Virus record (IMG/VR): IMGVR_UViG_3300045988_117710
DNA length: 64,000 bases
Strand: one strand, 5' to 3'
Origin: a virus
Notes under the pieces: generated by a model
What the model saw: only the letters and a program-made list of their open reading frames with translations
Database searches by the model: none
Told to the model about the DNA's origin: nothing
Translations under genes and position numbers: made by a program
Shown: positions 27,447 to 37,250 of the stretch, in pieces
How positions within the stretch are numbered: the stretch's first letter is position 1
How the letters are laid out: each line of letters begins with the position of its first letter

Positions 27447-28485
27447 TGATGATTTTAATTTTGATCCGTTTGCAACTGATTTTGAGTTTAGTGAAACAGT
27501 TCAACCTGCACAACCTCAAAAACCAATGCAACCAGTTCAACCAACTCAACAAGTACAACCTGTAAGACCAGTTCAACAAGCTCAACCTACGAGACCTGTT
27601 CAACCGGTACAACCAACACAGCCAGTTAGACCAGTAGCTCCAGTACAACCTGTAGCACCAGTTCAACCAGTAACTCCAGTTCAACAACCTATAGTTGAAC
27701 CTGTTCAAGGAGGAACTGTGTTTGGTTCAAGAACTAATAAGGAGACAGTAGGATTTAATGAACAAATAGTTTCAAAATGGATTGAGTGGAAGAGTTCACT
27801 TAAATCATTCTGCTATTATGATTCTAATGCTAAACAATTAGTTCCTGTTGATCCTAATTTAGAGTTTATTCCTTTAACTGCTACTTTATCAATTAAGGGA
27901 ACTCATCAAGTTGGTAAGAAAGGTACTCCATCATTACATTGGAATAATGTTTATTCAAATGAATTTACTAATTATAATAGCGATTATATTGTAGTTCGTG
28001 AGAAAGATTCTTATAATGGGACTACTGAAGATATCGCTCAAGGAACTTATACTAAAGACATTAAACCAGTTATTAGTGAATTACCTTATGCTAACTTTAC
28101 TATCAATGTATATTGTTTAGTTCGTGGTACAGAAGAAGTTGTTAAGTTCATGTTCTATAAATCAAGTCGTGATGTAGGTTTCGACATTAGTAATAATAGA
28201 ATGCAAGGACAATGCTTTAAGTTAGATGCTTATGAAGAAGCTGGTTCTGCTATTAAGTATAACATTCCAGTATTAGCTTTCAGTAGAATTACTATTGAAG
28301 AAGATTCTAAAGCAACTGATTTAGCGAAAGAAATTGAAGCAAAATTATCAGCAAGAAATAAAGCATTTCTTGGAAACTTGATGAAGCAACAACCTGTTCA
28401 ACCAGTTCAACAAAATGTTCAGTTAACTCCAGACCAAGTTGATTACTATAATTCAAGTTATGATGATTTTAACTATATGGGATAG
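27436..28485 (+). CDS. Hypothetical protein with an N-terminal Pro/Val/Gln repeat array; possible replication-associated protein
   Basis: About 70 aa of (P)VQP(T/V)QP-type repeats, then a globular C-terminal domain and a final QQPVQPVQQ; downstream of the DnaB helicase. Confidence 0.45.
   Translation: MFNNDDFNFDPFATDFEFSETVQPAQPQKPMQPVQPTQQVQPVRPVQQAQPTRPVQPVQPTQPVRPVAPVQPVAPVQPVTPVQQPIVEPVQGGTVFGSRTNKETVGFNEQIVSKWIEWKSSLKSFCYYDSNAKQLVPVDPNLEFIPLTATLSIKGTHQVGKKGTPSLHWNNVYSNEFTNYNSDYIVVREKDSYNGTTEDIAQGTYTKDIKPVISELPYANFTINVYCLVRGTEEVVKFMFYKSSRDVGFDISNNRMQGQCFKLDAYEEAGSAIKYNIPVLAFSRITIEEDSKATDLAKEIEAKLSARNKAFLGNLMKQQPVQPVQQNVQLTPDQVDYYNSSYDDFNYMG
27495..27715 (+). repeat. Iteron-like array: (C)AGTTCAAC(C) repeated about 7 times at 18-36 bp spacing
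   Basis: cagttcaac at about 27499, 27534, 27570, 27661 and 27679, plus ctgttcaa variants at 27597 and 27711. Confidence 0.7.
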
Positions 28486-28509
28486 AGCTCTGTGAGCTCT
28501 TTTTCTTTT
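28484..28509 (+). terminator. Intrinsic terminator (agagctc-tgt-gagctct plus T-run) fused to the promoter motif
   Basis: Perfect 7-bp stem then TTTTTCTTTT. Confidence 0.65.
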
Positions 28510-28517
28510 CGTATTAT
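28509..28517 (+). promoter_or_regulatory. TCGTATTAT promoter motif
   Basis: Recurring motif variant. Confidence 0.4.
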
Positions 28518-28542
28518 ATAAGTATAGTATGGAGATGTGATT

Positions 28543-29058
28543 ATGAAGATTGATTATTATGATGTGTTGTTATTTATATTTCTTTATGCTGTTGGGTGTA
28601 TTATAATTTATATTTGGCAACATAGAGATACTTTATTTAAAGATGATTATGAAGTAGATAGTGACACTGCTGTTAAGGGTAAGATTTCAAAGACAGATAT
28701 TTTAAATGACAAGATGGTTGCTACTAGCAAGAATTTTCTTTTAGTAAATTCTTTGTTCTTTACTGATAACTATTTTGATTTTAAGAAGTATTTAGAGTTT
28801 GCATCGAATGTTGAGGATGAAGTTAGTTTTTCTGATGCCATTCAAGCTCTTTCTTTGCTTAGTTTATTGGTGAAGGTTAGTTCCGCTCTTAATGAGGATT
28901 TTTACCACCAATTATTCTTTAGTAATCGTGAGGTTATTCCTATTAAGGATGTTAGGGAGAAGATATCTAATGGAGTGTACTCTGGTACTGTAGCAGACTT
29001 TTATGAGATAACTATTTCTCTAATATTTCATTTCAAGAAGTTCTTAATTTATAAGTAA
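28543..29058 (+). CDS. Membrane protein (single N-terminal TM), hypothetical
   Basis: VLLFIFLYAVGCIIIYIW hydrophobic segment; GGAG RBS. Confidence 0.45.
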   Translation: MKIDYYDVLLFIFLYAVGCIIIYIWQHRDTLFKDDYEVDSDTAVKGKISKTDILNDKMVATSKNFLLVNSLFFTDNYFDFKKYLEFASNVEDEVSFSDAIQALSLLSLLVKVSSALNEDFYHQLFFSNREVIPIKDVREKISNGVYSGTVADFYEITISLIFHFKKFLIYK

Positions 29059-29097
29059 CTTTTATATATTATCATAGAACGTTAGGAGATTATAATT

Positions 29098-29370
29098 TTG
29101 AAGGATTTAGTTATTAAGTGCTGTAGCTGCAACGAAGAATTTACATTTGATGTTGGAGAACAAGATTATTACAAGAAGAATAATCTATATTTTCCTAAGA
29201 GATGTAAAGCTTGTCGTAAAGCGAAGCGAGATCAAGTTAATGAACTTGAGAAAGATGAAATCACTTCTAGAGGTGATAGTGTTAGTTTAGACAATGTTGA
29301 GAAATATATTTCTAAACAAGATACTAGTTCTGATACGATAGATTATCGTATCTACGGTTATTATATTTAG
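29098..29370 (+). CDS. Zinc-ribbon hypothetical protein (TTG start)
   Basis: CCSC ... CKAC; AGGAGA RBS 8 nt before TTG. Confidence 0.4.
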   Translation: MKDLVIKCCSCNEEFTFDVGEQDYYKKNNLYFPKRCKACRKAKRDQVNELEKDEITSRGDSVSLDNVEKYISKQDTSSDTIDYRIYGYYI

Positions 29371-29385
29371 TTTAAGGAGAACTGT

Positions 29386-29634
29386 ATGCAAAACTTTAGA
29401 ATGTTATTAATGACATCAAAACCAAATCCAACTAGTACAGGAGTTTATACTTTCTACTCTGAAGCTGGTGATGGACTTACATGGTCAACTACTAATGTTG
29501 ATGAAGCTCTAGAAATGTATAAGAATTTATTAAGTGTTTATACAACTACTGAAATGTTTTTAGTGGATATGGTAGACATTGAAGTAATTATTCGTGATAG
29601 AGATACTCTTACTGAAGAGACAATTTCTGAATAA
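29386..29634 (+). CDS. Hypothetical protein
   Basis: AAGGAGA RBS. Confidence 0.45.
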   Translation: MQNFRMLLMTSKPNPTSTGVYTFYSEAGDGLTWSTTNVDEALEMYKNLLSVYTTTEMFLVDMVDIEVIIRDRDTLTEETISE

Positions 29635-29651
29635 TTCGTATTGTTATTAAG

Positions 29652-29680
29652 GTCAACTATTTAGTTGACTTTTTCTTTTG
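29652..29680 (+). terminator. Intrinsic terminator (gtcaactatttagttgac plus T-run)
   Basis: 7-bp stem, 4-nt loop, TTTTTCTTTT. Confidence 0.65.
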
Positions 29681-29738
29681 TTTCTATATATTTTAAAGAA
29701 CAATAAGTTGTATATTATTATAGAATAGGAGGGCTATT

Positions 29739-30008
29739 ATGAAGTTAGTTGTAGAAAGAAAAGCATTAGATAAGGACAATATTAGTTTTTTATTTGAGTT
29801 GTCATCTGTCAATAATGTAATTTTCTCTACGAAGGTTAAGAAACTTTTAGACAAAGGTTTTGTTCCTGATTCAAAAGGATATTTACACAGAGGTACTACT
29901 TACATTACCGAAAGTAATGGGTTTTATCATTTAACAAAGTTTAGTTCTATTTGGCATAATGGTGTACCTGTTAGAGAGGATATAAATGTGTTACATATTT
30001 TAGATTGA
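29739..30008 (+). CDS. Hypothetical protein
   Basis: AGGAGGG RBS. Confidence 0.45.
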   Translation: MKLVVERKALDKDNISFLFELSSVNNVIFSTKVKKLLDKGFVPDSKGYLHRGTTYITESNGFYHLTKFSSIWHNGVPVREDINVLHILD

Positions 30009-30036
30009 AATGCATTTGTAGATAGTAGGAGAAATT

Positions 30037-31380
30037 ATGAATAATTTAGTGATTGCAAATCCCGAAAGGTTGGATGATCAGTCTTTTAAAATTACTATTG
30101 CTGGAAAAGACTATGAATATGAAATTTCAGAAGATAAGGATATTGATAAAGTAATAGCCAAGTTAGTTCAATGGATTTCAAGAGGAGATGATTCTTTTGG
30201 AGGGTTATATGATTATATTAAACGTAGTTTCCAATTAGTTGGTGAGTACGAGGAACCTGTTGTTGAAGATGAGCTTCCTGAAGAACCAAAATCTATCTTA
30301 CCATCTGACGGTCAAGATTTAGATGATGTTCAATCTAATGAACTAGAATTCAAAGTAGATATACTTTCTAGTAGTGAAGTTAGTGTTTCTCTTGGAGAAT
30401 TTTCTGCAGTATTTAATCTAGCTGGTAATGCAGATAATTTTGAGACTGAGTTGAGAGAATTAATTAAAGATGAAATGACTCTTAAAGATAGAATTGATTT
30501 AAATACTTTTCTTGTTAAAGAACTCGATACTGATAATTCAGTAGATGTTTATAATCTATCTGGTTTGGTTCTTGATCCAAACTTTGAGATAGTTTCTAGT
30601 GTTGAAGGTGAAGAACTTACAGATTTAGCTGTGGATGGAGAACATGAAGTTCCAGATATTGTTATCGGTGATACAACAGATGAGGTTGATATTCCTAGTG
30701 ATGATGCCGAGGTTGTTGATACTGAAGAAGTTGTGTCTGATGAAGATACAGAAGATGATTTAGAAGATGAAGCTCTTAATGCTGAAGAAGATTTAACAGA
30801 TGATTATGAACCTAGTGAGGATGAAGAGTCTGAAGAGGATGATTCAGATGAAGAGGATGATGAAGATTCTAAATCAAAGAAGAAATCAAAGAAGAAATCT
30901 AAGAAGTCAAAGAAGAAATCGAAGAAGAAATCCAAGAAAGAATCTTATGATGCTTTTGGTAATCTCTTAACTGAAGATGAGGTGTTTGATGGTGTAATTG
31001 ATTTACCTGTTGAACCAACTGAAATAGATTTTACAGACGAAGAAGTCGAAGATAAGTTTACTCTTGAAGATTTAATTGTTTCTGAAGATTTCCTAAGTAG
31101 TTTAAGAGATTTAGGTTTATCTTTATTCAAATTTACTAATAAGGATAATAATTTAGAGAATTTATACTTTGTTGGTGGTATTAATAGTAATGATGGTACT
31201 CTTTACACTTTAACCTACCAAATGGGAGATTCGTATAGTACATTAGATGGAGAATTTGAAGATCTATCTACTAATGAATATGAACTATCTAATATTGAGG
31301 ACTTAACTATTGTTACTAACTATTTAAGTAAGTTATTAGATTTGGTTTATAATAGAGAGTTAGGAGAGGACAATGAGTAA
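30037..31380 (+). CDS. Highly acidic protein with an internal poly-Lys/Ser block; scaffold-like or DNA-mimic candidate
   Basis: Long D/E tracts (EDEESEEDDSDEEDDED) flanking SKSKKKSKKKSKKSKKKSKKKSKKES. Confidence 0.5.
   Translation: MNNLVIANPERLDDQSFKITIAGKDYEYEISEDKDIDKVIAKLVQWISRGDDSFGGLYDYIKRSFQLVGEYEEPVVEDELPEEPKSILPSDGQDLDDVQSNELEFKVDILSSSEVSVSLGEFSAVFNLAGNADNFETELRELIKDEMTLKDRIDLNTFLVKELDTDNSVDVYNLSGLVLDPNFEIVSSVEGEELTDLAVDGEHEVPDIVIGDTTDEVDIPSDDAEVVDTEEVVSDEDTEDDLEDEALNAEEDLTDDYEPSEDEESEEDDSDEEDDEDSKSKKKSKKKSKKSKKKSKKKSKKESYDAFGNLLTEDEVFDGVIDLPVEPTEIDFTDEEVEDKFTLEDLIVSEDFLSSLRDLGLSLFKFTNKDNNLENLYFVGGINSNDGTLYTLTYQMGDSYSTLDGEFEDLSTNEYELSNIEDLTIVTNYLSKLLDLVYNRELGEDNE
30871..30940 (+). 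repeat. Tandem about 12-nt repeats (aagaagaaatcN) encoding (KKKS)n
   Basis: Read directly. Confidence 0.85.
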
Positions 31381-32236
31381 GAAGGTAATTAAGTCTGTTG
31401 ATGTTTTAGACGATATAAGAGTAAATCCTGAAGAAGGTAAGAAGACAATTCTTAAGGTTATTGATAAGGATGAGAACAGAGAAGATAGAATGAAGTCAGC
31501 TGATTCTGCTGAAGTATTTCCAACTCCTGCTGAACCAGTTATTAATGAAGCTGTTAGTTCTACATTAAATCAAAATGTTAAGGATTATTTAATTCAAGAT
31601 TTAACTAAAGAAGATTTTGTTGGTGATGAGGATGTTAAAGATGTTTTAGATAAGGTTGATATCTTTAAGATTCTTAATTCAGTTGATGGTGATTTAACTG
31701 AATCTTATGGTACTAACTATGGAGATATTAATATTCTATTCTCTAGAAGTTCTAAAGATTGTATCCGTGAGTCAGCTCTTATTGAATACTCTACTTCTGG
31801 TAATAAGTCATATGTTTTAGGACTTAATATTTTAGAAGCGGAAGATAATAAAGTTAACTTTATAGTTAAATCTAGTTATGGTGTTGATATTTATTCTAAA
31901 GTTTGTACACCAAATCAAATTGCTAATACTGTTTACAGATTCTTGGAAGCAGTTTATTTAAGAGATAAGTTTGCAAGTATTCTTAATGAATCAGTTGATT
32001 CTGATAGATGGGGTGAAATCATTAGTGATGTTAATGAGTTTGCAAAGAATATAGATGCTGGTAAAGATGTTCTTAAGATTAGTTATTCTGAAGATAACTC
32101 TAAACCTTTAGAAGTTACTATTGCTAGAGGAACTAATAATCAGGTATTCGATGATGTTAGAAAATATATAGAAGATACTTACAGAGATGAAGTTGAAATA
32201 ACTGATATCGATGATTCAAGTTTCTTACTAAAGTAG
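31373..32236 (+). CDS. Hypothetical protein
   Basis: ATGA overlap with the upstream stop. Confidence 0.45.
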   Translation: MSKKVIKSVDVLDDIRVNPEEGKKTILKVIDKDENREDRMKSADSAEVFPTPAEPVINEAVSSTLNQNVKDYLIQDLTKEDFVGDEDVKDVLDKVDIFKILNSVDGDLTESYGTNYGDINILFSRSSKDCIRESALIEYSTSGNKSYVLGLNILEAEDNKVNFIVKSSYGVDIYSKVCTPNQIANTVYRFLEAVYLRDKFASILNESVDSDRWGEIISDVNEFAKNIDAGKDVLKISYSEDNSKPLEVTIARGTNNQVFDDVRKYIEDTYRDEVEITDIDDSSFLLK

Positions 32237-32251
32237 TTTAAGGAGTTAGAT

Positions 32252-35200
32252 ATGAATGGTAATCAATTAATTACAAAGCATTCTGCTAAATTTGATACTG
32301 TTGAGAAATCTAAAAGACCTGGAGTTCTAGCTACTTTGAGAGGTCCTGTTACTGGATGGAAACCTAATCGTAATGGTAGAACTTATTCTAGGGATTTATG
32401 GGTTAAAGCATTAAATTCTGATTATGTTAAGGAACAAGTTGCTCTTAATCATTTTGTTGGTGAAGCAGATCACCCAGAAGAAAGACTTGAACCAGTAATT
32501 CAAAATATGTCACACGCTATGAGAGATTTTGAATTTGATGATGCTAATCAAGAAGTTATTGCTACTATTGATATTCTAGATACTCCATGTGGAAATATGC
32601 TTAAGACTTTATATGATTATTCTGGAGCTTTAAGTTTTTCTACTAGAGGTTCTGGAGATGTTTTAGAAGATGGTGAAGTTGATCCAGAAACATATCAATT
32701 ATTTGCCATTGATGCTGTTTTAAGACCAAGTTATGCAACAGCTACTGTTAGAAATCTTTTAACTGAAAGTGAATCTTTACATAAGAATAAAGATGTTAAG
32801 AAGGTTCTTGAATCTTATTCTGGTGAGAAAGAATTAGATGAGTCTGTTGATTGGGATTATTTTAATATATTCCATGATATTAACGATAAATATTTACCTG
32901 ATTCTGGTGAAGGTGATAATATGGCCACTCAAACTGTAACAGCTGTTAATAAGTTAGTTTATAAGTGGTATAATGATGGTGATGTATATGATAATTCAAC
33001 TGCTTCTGGTCTAGATGGTTGGGGAAATGATTTATCTGATTATGCTAACTGGCTTGCAAAGAATATAGATGGTTGTAAGGATATTCTAGATAGAATTTTT
33101 GAAATCCATTATGGTGATAATGGTGCTTATGAAGATTTACTTAAGGATTTAGCAAATAATTGTTTAGATGAAAATTTACTTTCTGGTTTAGCTACTCAAC
33201 CTAAGGAAGGTTCTGTTTATGAATGTTCTGGTGATTATTCTTTTGATGAGAGTAGAAACTATGATGAAGAATATGATGAGTCTGAAAACTTAGAAGAGGT
33301 TGTTCGTGTATACGATGATGAGAAAGATTATAGTTCTGAATTAGAGGAAGTATTCAATATTGTTGGTGGTTTTATTAATAATGATTTCAAATCTAATACC
33401 AAGGATTATTTAAGATATTCTGGTTCTACTGATCGTGTAGATAGTAGTAAAGTATTTGATGGTTTAGCTAGTGCATTAGGAGCTGCTGGTTATATTGTTT
33501 CTAAAGATCGTGTTTCTCATGCACATAATATTGGTAACAATAATGCCTATGAAATATTCAAGGATTCTGAATGTATTGGATTCTTAAATGTTAATAGTGG
33601 TATGTATGGTGAAGCATATGTATATGTTGAGAACCTATCTAATGGTAGAGTTGGTGGTGCTTGGGAATTACATTCTAGAGGTACTTCTACTTTCAAAGAA
33701 GGTGAAGAATTAGGTAAGGTTAATACTAAAACTGATTTATCAAAGAAATATATCTTTAATGACAAGGGTGTTGAAAGAACTGTAACTGAAGTTGAACCAC
33801 TTGCTTATAGAGATGGATATAAGTTTAGAGAGATTCTAGATAATGGTTCAGTAGGTAAAGTTGTTCATACTATGAGTAAAGCTGATTTTGATTCTTTAAA
33901 GGAATTAACTGAAGATGCTGATAGTGTTGTAGCAATTCCTGATGATGTTAAGGAAGCTGTTGAAACTGAAGTTTATGATGATAGAAACATTGATGTTAGA
34001 AGTTCTATGTTCAAAGGTAATGATTTTGTAGTTGAAGCTAGAAATGAGTTATCTGAAGATGAATTTACTAAGATTGTTGATAGAATTCAATATCATTTCA
34101 ATAATTATGGTATTGTTTATGACTCTATTGAAGATGATGACAATAATGTAATTGCTATTGATTGTGGTATGTCTGCTAGTGCTTATGAAGAGTACAAAGC
34201 AAATTCTGATGATTATACTCTTAATGATGAATCATTTACTATGTATAATGCTGATACAGATAAAACTGTTAGAGTTTACAAAGATGGTGGTAAATGGGTA
34301 GATGAAGATGGTAATCGTTATATGAGTTACCTAACTAAGTCTGATATTAAGAAGTATTTCAAAGGTAATTGGGTTGAATTAGATGAGTCTGAACAATTAA
34401 ATGAGTATGGTGATACTAAAGATTATTCAGAAGATATTCAAAAGTTATTTAAGAAATGGTTTAAGGATAATGCTGATTTAGGTATTCGTGCTTGGCAGGC
34501 AATGACTGATTCATATCATTTAGATATTGAAACTATGGATAAGGGTGAAGGTTCTGAAAGAAGAAAACTTTACAAGGTTGTTAATAATTCACCATTTGTT
34601 GAAGTTGAAGATTGGGCTGATGAGATTGGTGAGTACATTGCAGATAATTTACATTCATTAAAGTATATCAAACATACTTTCAATGATAAGTCATTCTTTA
34701 GTGATGATGAAACTGCTGGTGATATTACTTGGTACTTTGTTCAACAAATTGGTATGCCAGATTTTGGTGATAATATATTTGATTCAGAGAAGTTATCTGA
34801 AGACAATGAACCTAAGACTACTAAAGAGTTTAGAATTATAGATACTGAAACTGGTAAGATTCTTAAGGTATTTAAAGATGATGAAGAATCTAAAGGTTAT
34901 GAAGAAATGAGAGCCATGGGTGAAGAACTTAAGAAGGCAGGTAAAGAAGATAACTTAATCTATAAAGAGTTTAAGGTTAAGAACAAACCTGAAAGACTTA
35001 AGGAAGATTCTACTTGGGCTGAGATTATGATTGATAGAGCTTTAGAGTCTGGTGTTAGAAAGACACAATATCAAGATGTTGATGGTGTTAAGGATCAGTA
35101 TTATGTAGTTGCTAATTTCCAAGACGTTGGAACTAGAGCAGATGCAAGAAAGTATTGTAAAGCTCAAGGATGGAGTGCTGTTAATGATTCTACTTTAGAT

Positions 35201-36085
35201 AAGGGAGTTATGTATAGATATCCTTTAGTTATTTATATTCCTGCTGATAAGCTTCCAGATGGTGTTCAAGTAATTAATGAAGCTGGTGTTAATTTAGATG
35301 TTAGTGCTGGTGTTGATTTACCAGATGATGCTGTTAGTGGTATTATAAGTGCTCTACCTGCATTACTTGCTTCTGATAAACCAGATTTTGATACATTCTG
35401 TGAAGAGAATTATGAAGCAATTAATAATGCTTATGATGAATGTAAGGCAAGTGATTTAGGTATTTCAGTAGAAGAGTATTGGGCTATGGATGAACCTGTA
35501 GATCCTAAATACTGGGAGATGGTTGCTAGAGATATGTATGAAGATAGTAATAGTTTAGTTGAAGATGTTAATGATTCTCAAGAATACATTGATAAATTCA
35601 ATGAACTATATAGCAAGTATTGTGTTGCTAGTAAAGAAGATGAAGAAGTTATTAAGTCTGAAGTGGTTGATTTACTTACTAATGCACCTGTAGGAACTGC
35701 TTTATATAGACTTTATAAAGATACTTCTAGTGGATGGACTAGTCGTGGTTCTTATTCTAATACTAGAACTGAAATTCATGAATATCTAAAGTCAGGTGAA
35801 AATGAATGGACAATTAATGGTCGTAAGAAAAATGACATGAGAGATGCTATGTTATCAATCTTATATAATCCTGGAGAGTTCATGACTAAGGAAGAAGCAG
35901 AAGCTCAAAAGAAAGAGCAATCTAAGAATGATACTTCTTCTCGTAGAGAGATTGTAAATGTTGGTACTGATTCAGCTGGCAATCCTGTAGGTAAGTCTAC
36001 TAATACTGTAACTTATCCAAATAGAGAAGTTGAGTCTGTTGATTTCTTGGATGATTACTTTGCATATCATAAAGGTAACTTCTAG
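32252..36085 (+). CDS. Giant protein (1277 aa) with an N-terminal HK97-family (S78-like) prohead protease domain fused to a long acidic region
   Basis: The N-terminal about 140 aa, with His in LNHFVGEADHP and Ser in GALSFSTRGSG, fit the His/Ser spacing and sequence flavour of prohead proteases. The rest is D/E-rich with no recognisable domain. Ends DDYFAYHKGNF. Confidence 0.45.
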   Translation: MNGNQLITKHSAKFDTVEKSKRPGVLATLRGPVTGWKPNRNGRTYSRDLWVKALNSDYVKEQVALNHFVGEADHPEERLEPVIQNMSHAMRDFEFDDANQEVIATIDILDTPCGNMLKTLYDYSGALSFSTRGSGDVLEDGEVDPETYQLFAIDAVLRPSYATATVRNLLTESESLHKNKDVKKVLESYSGEKELDESVDWDYFNIFHDINDKYLPDSGEGDNMATQTVTAVNKLVYKWYNDGDVYDNSTASGLDGWGNDLSDYANWLAKNIDGCKDILDRIFEIHYGDNGAYEDLLKDLANNCLDENLLSGLATQPKEGSVYECSGDYSFDESRNYDEEYDESENLEEVVRVYDDEKDYSSELEEVFNIVGGFINNDFKSNTKDYLRYSGSTDRVDSSKVFDGLASALGAAGYIVSKDRVSHAHNIGNNNAYEIFKDSECIGFLNVNSGMYGEAYVYVENLSNGRVGGAWELHSRGTSTFKEGEELGKVNTKTDLSKKYIFNDKGVERTVTEVEPLAYRDGYKFREILDNGSVGKVVHTMSKADFDSLKELTEDADSVVAIPDDVKEAVETEVYDDRNIDVRSSMFKGNDFVVEARNELSEDEFTKIVDRIQYHFNNYGIVYDSIEDDDNNVIAIDCGMSASAYEEYKANSDDYTLNDESFTMYNADTDKTVRVYKDGGKWVDEDGNRYMSYLTKSDIKKYFKGNWVELDESEQLNEYGDTKDYSEDIQKLFKKWFKDNADLGIRAWQAMTDSYHLDIETMDKGEGSERRKLYKVVNNSPFVEVEDWADEIGEYIADNLHSLKYIKHTFNDKSFFSDDETAGDITWYFVQQIGMPDFGDNIFDSEKLSEDNEPKTTKEFRIIDTETGKILKVFKDDEESKGYEEMRAMGEELKKAGKEDNLIYKEFKVKNKPERLKEDSTWAEIMIDRALESGVRKTQYQDVDGVKDQYYVVANFQDVGTRADARKYCKAQGWSAVNDSTLDKGVMYRYPLVIYIPADKLPDGVQVINEAGVNLDVSAGVDLPDDAVSGIISALPALLASDKPDFDTFCEENYEAINNAYDECKASDLGISVEEYWAMDEPVDPKYWEMVARDMYEDSNSLVEDVNDSQEYIDKFNELYSKYCVASKEDEEVIKSEVVDLLTNAPVGTALYRLYKDTSSGWTSRGSYSNTRTEIHEYLKSGENEWTINGRKKNDMRDAMLSILYNPGEFMTKEEAEAQKKEQSKNDTSSRREIVNVGTDSAGNPVGKSTNTVTYPNREVESVDFLDDYFAYHKGNF

Positions 36086-36100
36086 GAGTTGCCTTTTTCT
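36072..36100 (+). terminator. Intrinsic terminator (aaggtaac...gttgcctt plus TTTTT) fused to the promoter motif
   Basis: 8-bp stem with one G-U pair. Confidence 0.55.
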
Positions 36101-36107
36101 TTATTAT

Positions 36108-36116
36108 TCGTATAAT
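36108..36116 (+). promoter_or_regulatory. TCGTATAAT promoter motif
   Basis: Recurring motif. Confidence 0.5.
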
Positions 36117-36138
36117 ATAGTAATTAGGAGGAGATTAT

Positions 36139-37224
36139 ATGAGTACTCATTGTGGTATAGGAATTAAACGTAAGAATGGTGCTGTTGATGCTACTTATTG
36201 TCATTTTGATGGATATCTTGATGGTGTTGGTGAGAATCTTAAGAATTTCTTTAGAGATGCTGATAAGGTAAGTAATCTAGTTAGTATGGGTGATTTAAGA
36301 GGTATTAGTGATTCTGGTGAAGTTGAAGCTTTCGATGATGAAGTTGGTTTTGATGACAAACATTTCAGATCTGTAGAAGAGTTTCTTCAAAGTGATTTAG
36401 GAACTTTAGAATATACTTATTTATTTGATGAAGATACTAATAGATGGTATTTCCTAGGTGGAGAGGATCCAGAAACTGATATTTTTGATGGTTCTTTAGG
36501 AATGTATCATTTAGATAGAGAATCTTTAGAGGAAGATGATAAGTCAACTTTCGAGATATTTAGAAGAACTTATCCTAGAGGACAAAATTCTTATGAAGTA
36601 GTTATTGATGAAACTATTTATAGAGATGGACGTGGTAGAAGACATAGTGACCATAAGACTTATAAGGTTTATAAGAATGGTGAACAAATTTTATTTACTT
36701 CAGTTCCTCAAACTTATAATAAGTGTTTAAGAAATATTGAAGCTGGTAAGTATGATTTTATGTCTGTTAAAGAGATTTCTAATTCTCTTACTGGTGTTAA
36801 TGAAAGTGAGTTCTATGTTAAGGAATTCAATCAAGATGGAACTAATATAGATTATGTTGAGTTTGATAGTCAACATGAAGCAGAAGATTATGCAAGTTCT
36901 TTAAATAAGAAGACAGGACATGAAGTTGCTGTTTATATGAGTTCTAATGATGAATGTATTTCTCTTTATGATAAGTTAGATGAACATTCTTTAAAAGACT
37001 TAGTTGCTGATAATGATAGTGAGGCAATGAGAAAGTTAATTAGTTATTGTGAAAATTTTGGTACTAATGAAGTTTGGGAAGAAACTTTAAAACAATTACT
37101 AAAATATGTTTCTGAAGATGTTATTGAAAATTATATTCATTATGAATTGAATGATTTAGTTTCTGATGAAGTTCCAGAAAGTATTACTGATGACTATTTT
37201 GATTTCCATAATGGAAATTATTAA
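36139..37224 (+). CDS. Acidic hypothetical protein sharing a C-terminal motif with the protease-fusion protein
   Basis: Ends DDYFDFHNGNY versus DDYFAYHKGNF in the 32252 ORF; AGGAGG RBS. Confidence 0.5.
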   Translation: MSTHCGIGIKRKNGAVDATYCHFDGYLDGVGENLKNFFRDADKVSNLVSMGDLRGISDSGEVEAFDDEVGFDDKHFRSVEEFLQSDLGTLEYTYLFDEDTNRWYFLGGEDPETDIFDGSLGMYHLDRESLEEDDKSTFEIFRRTYPRGQNSYEVVIDETIYRDGRGRRHSDHKTYKVYKNGEQILFTSVPQTYNKCLRNIEAGKYDFMSVKEISNSLTGVNESEFYVKEFNQDGTNIDYVEFDSQHEAEDYASSLNKKTGHEVAVYMSSNDECISLYDKLDEHSLKDLVADNDSEAMRKLISYCENFGTNEVWEETLKQLLKYVSEDVIENYIHYELNDLVSDEVPESITDDYFDFHNGNY

Positions 37225-37250
37225 TTCTAATTAAGAAAGAAGGTAGATTT

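Noticed and set aside
27495-27715. CRISPR array or diversity-generating retroelement template at the PVQP or KKKS repeat regions (also 30871-30940)
   Set aside because: The repeats are short (9-12 nt), in-frame coding repeats with no spacer architecture, no cas genes and no reverse transcriptase nearby.
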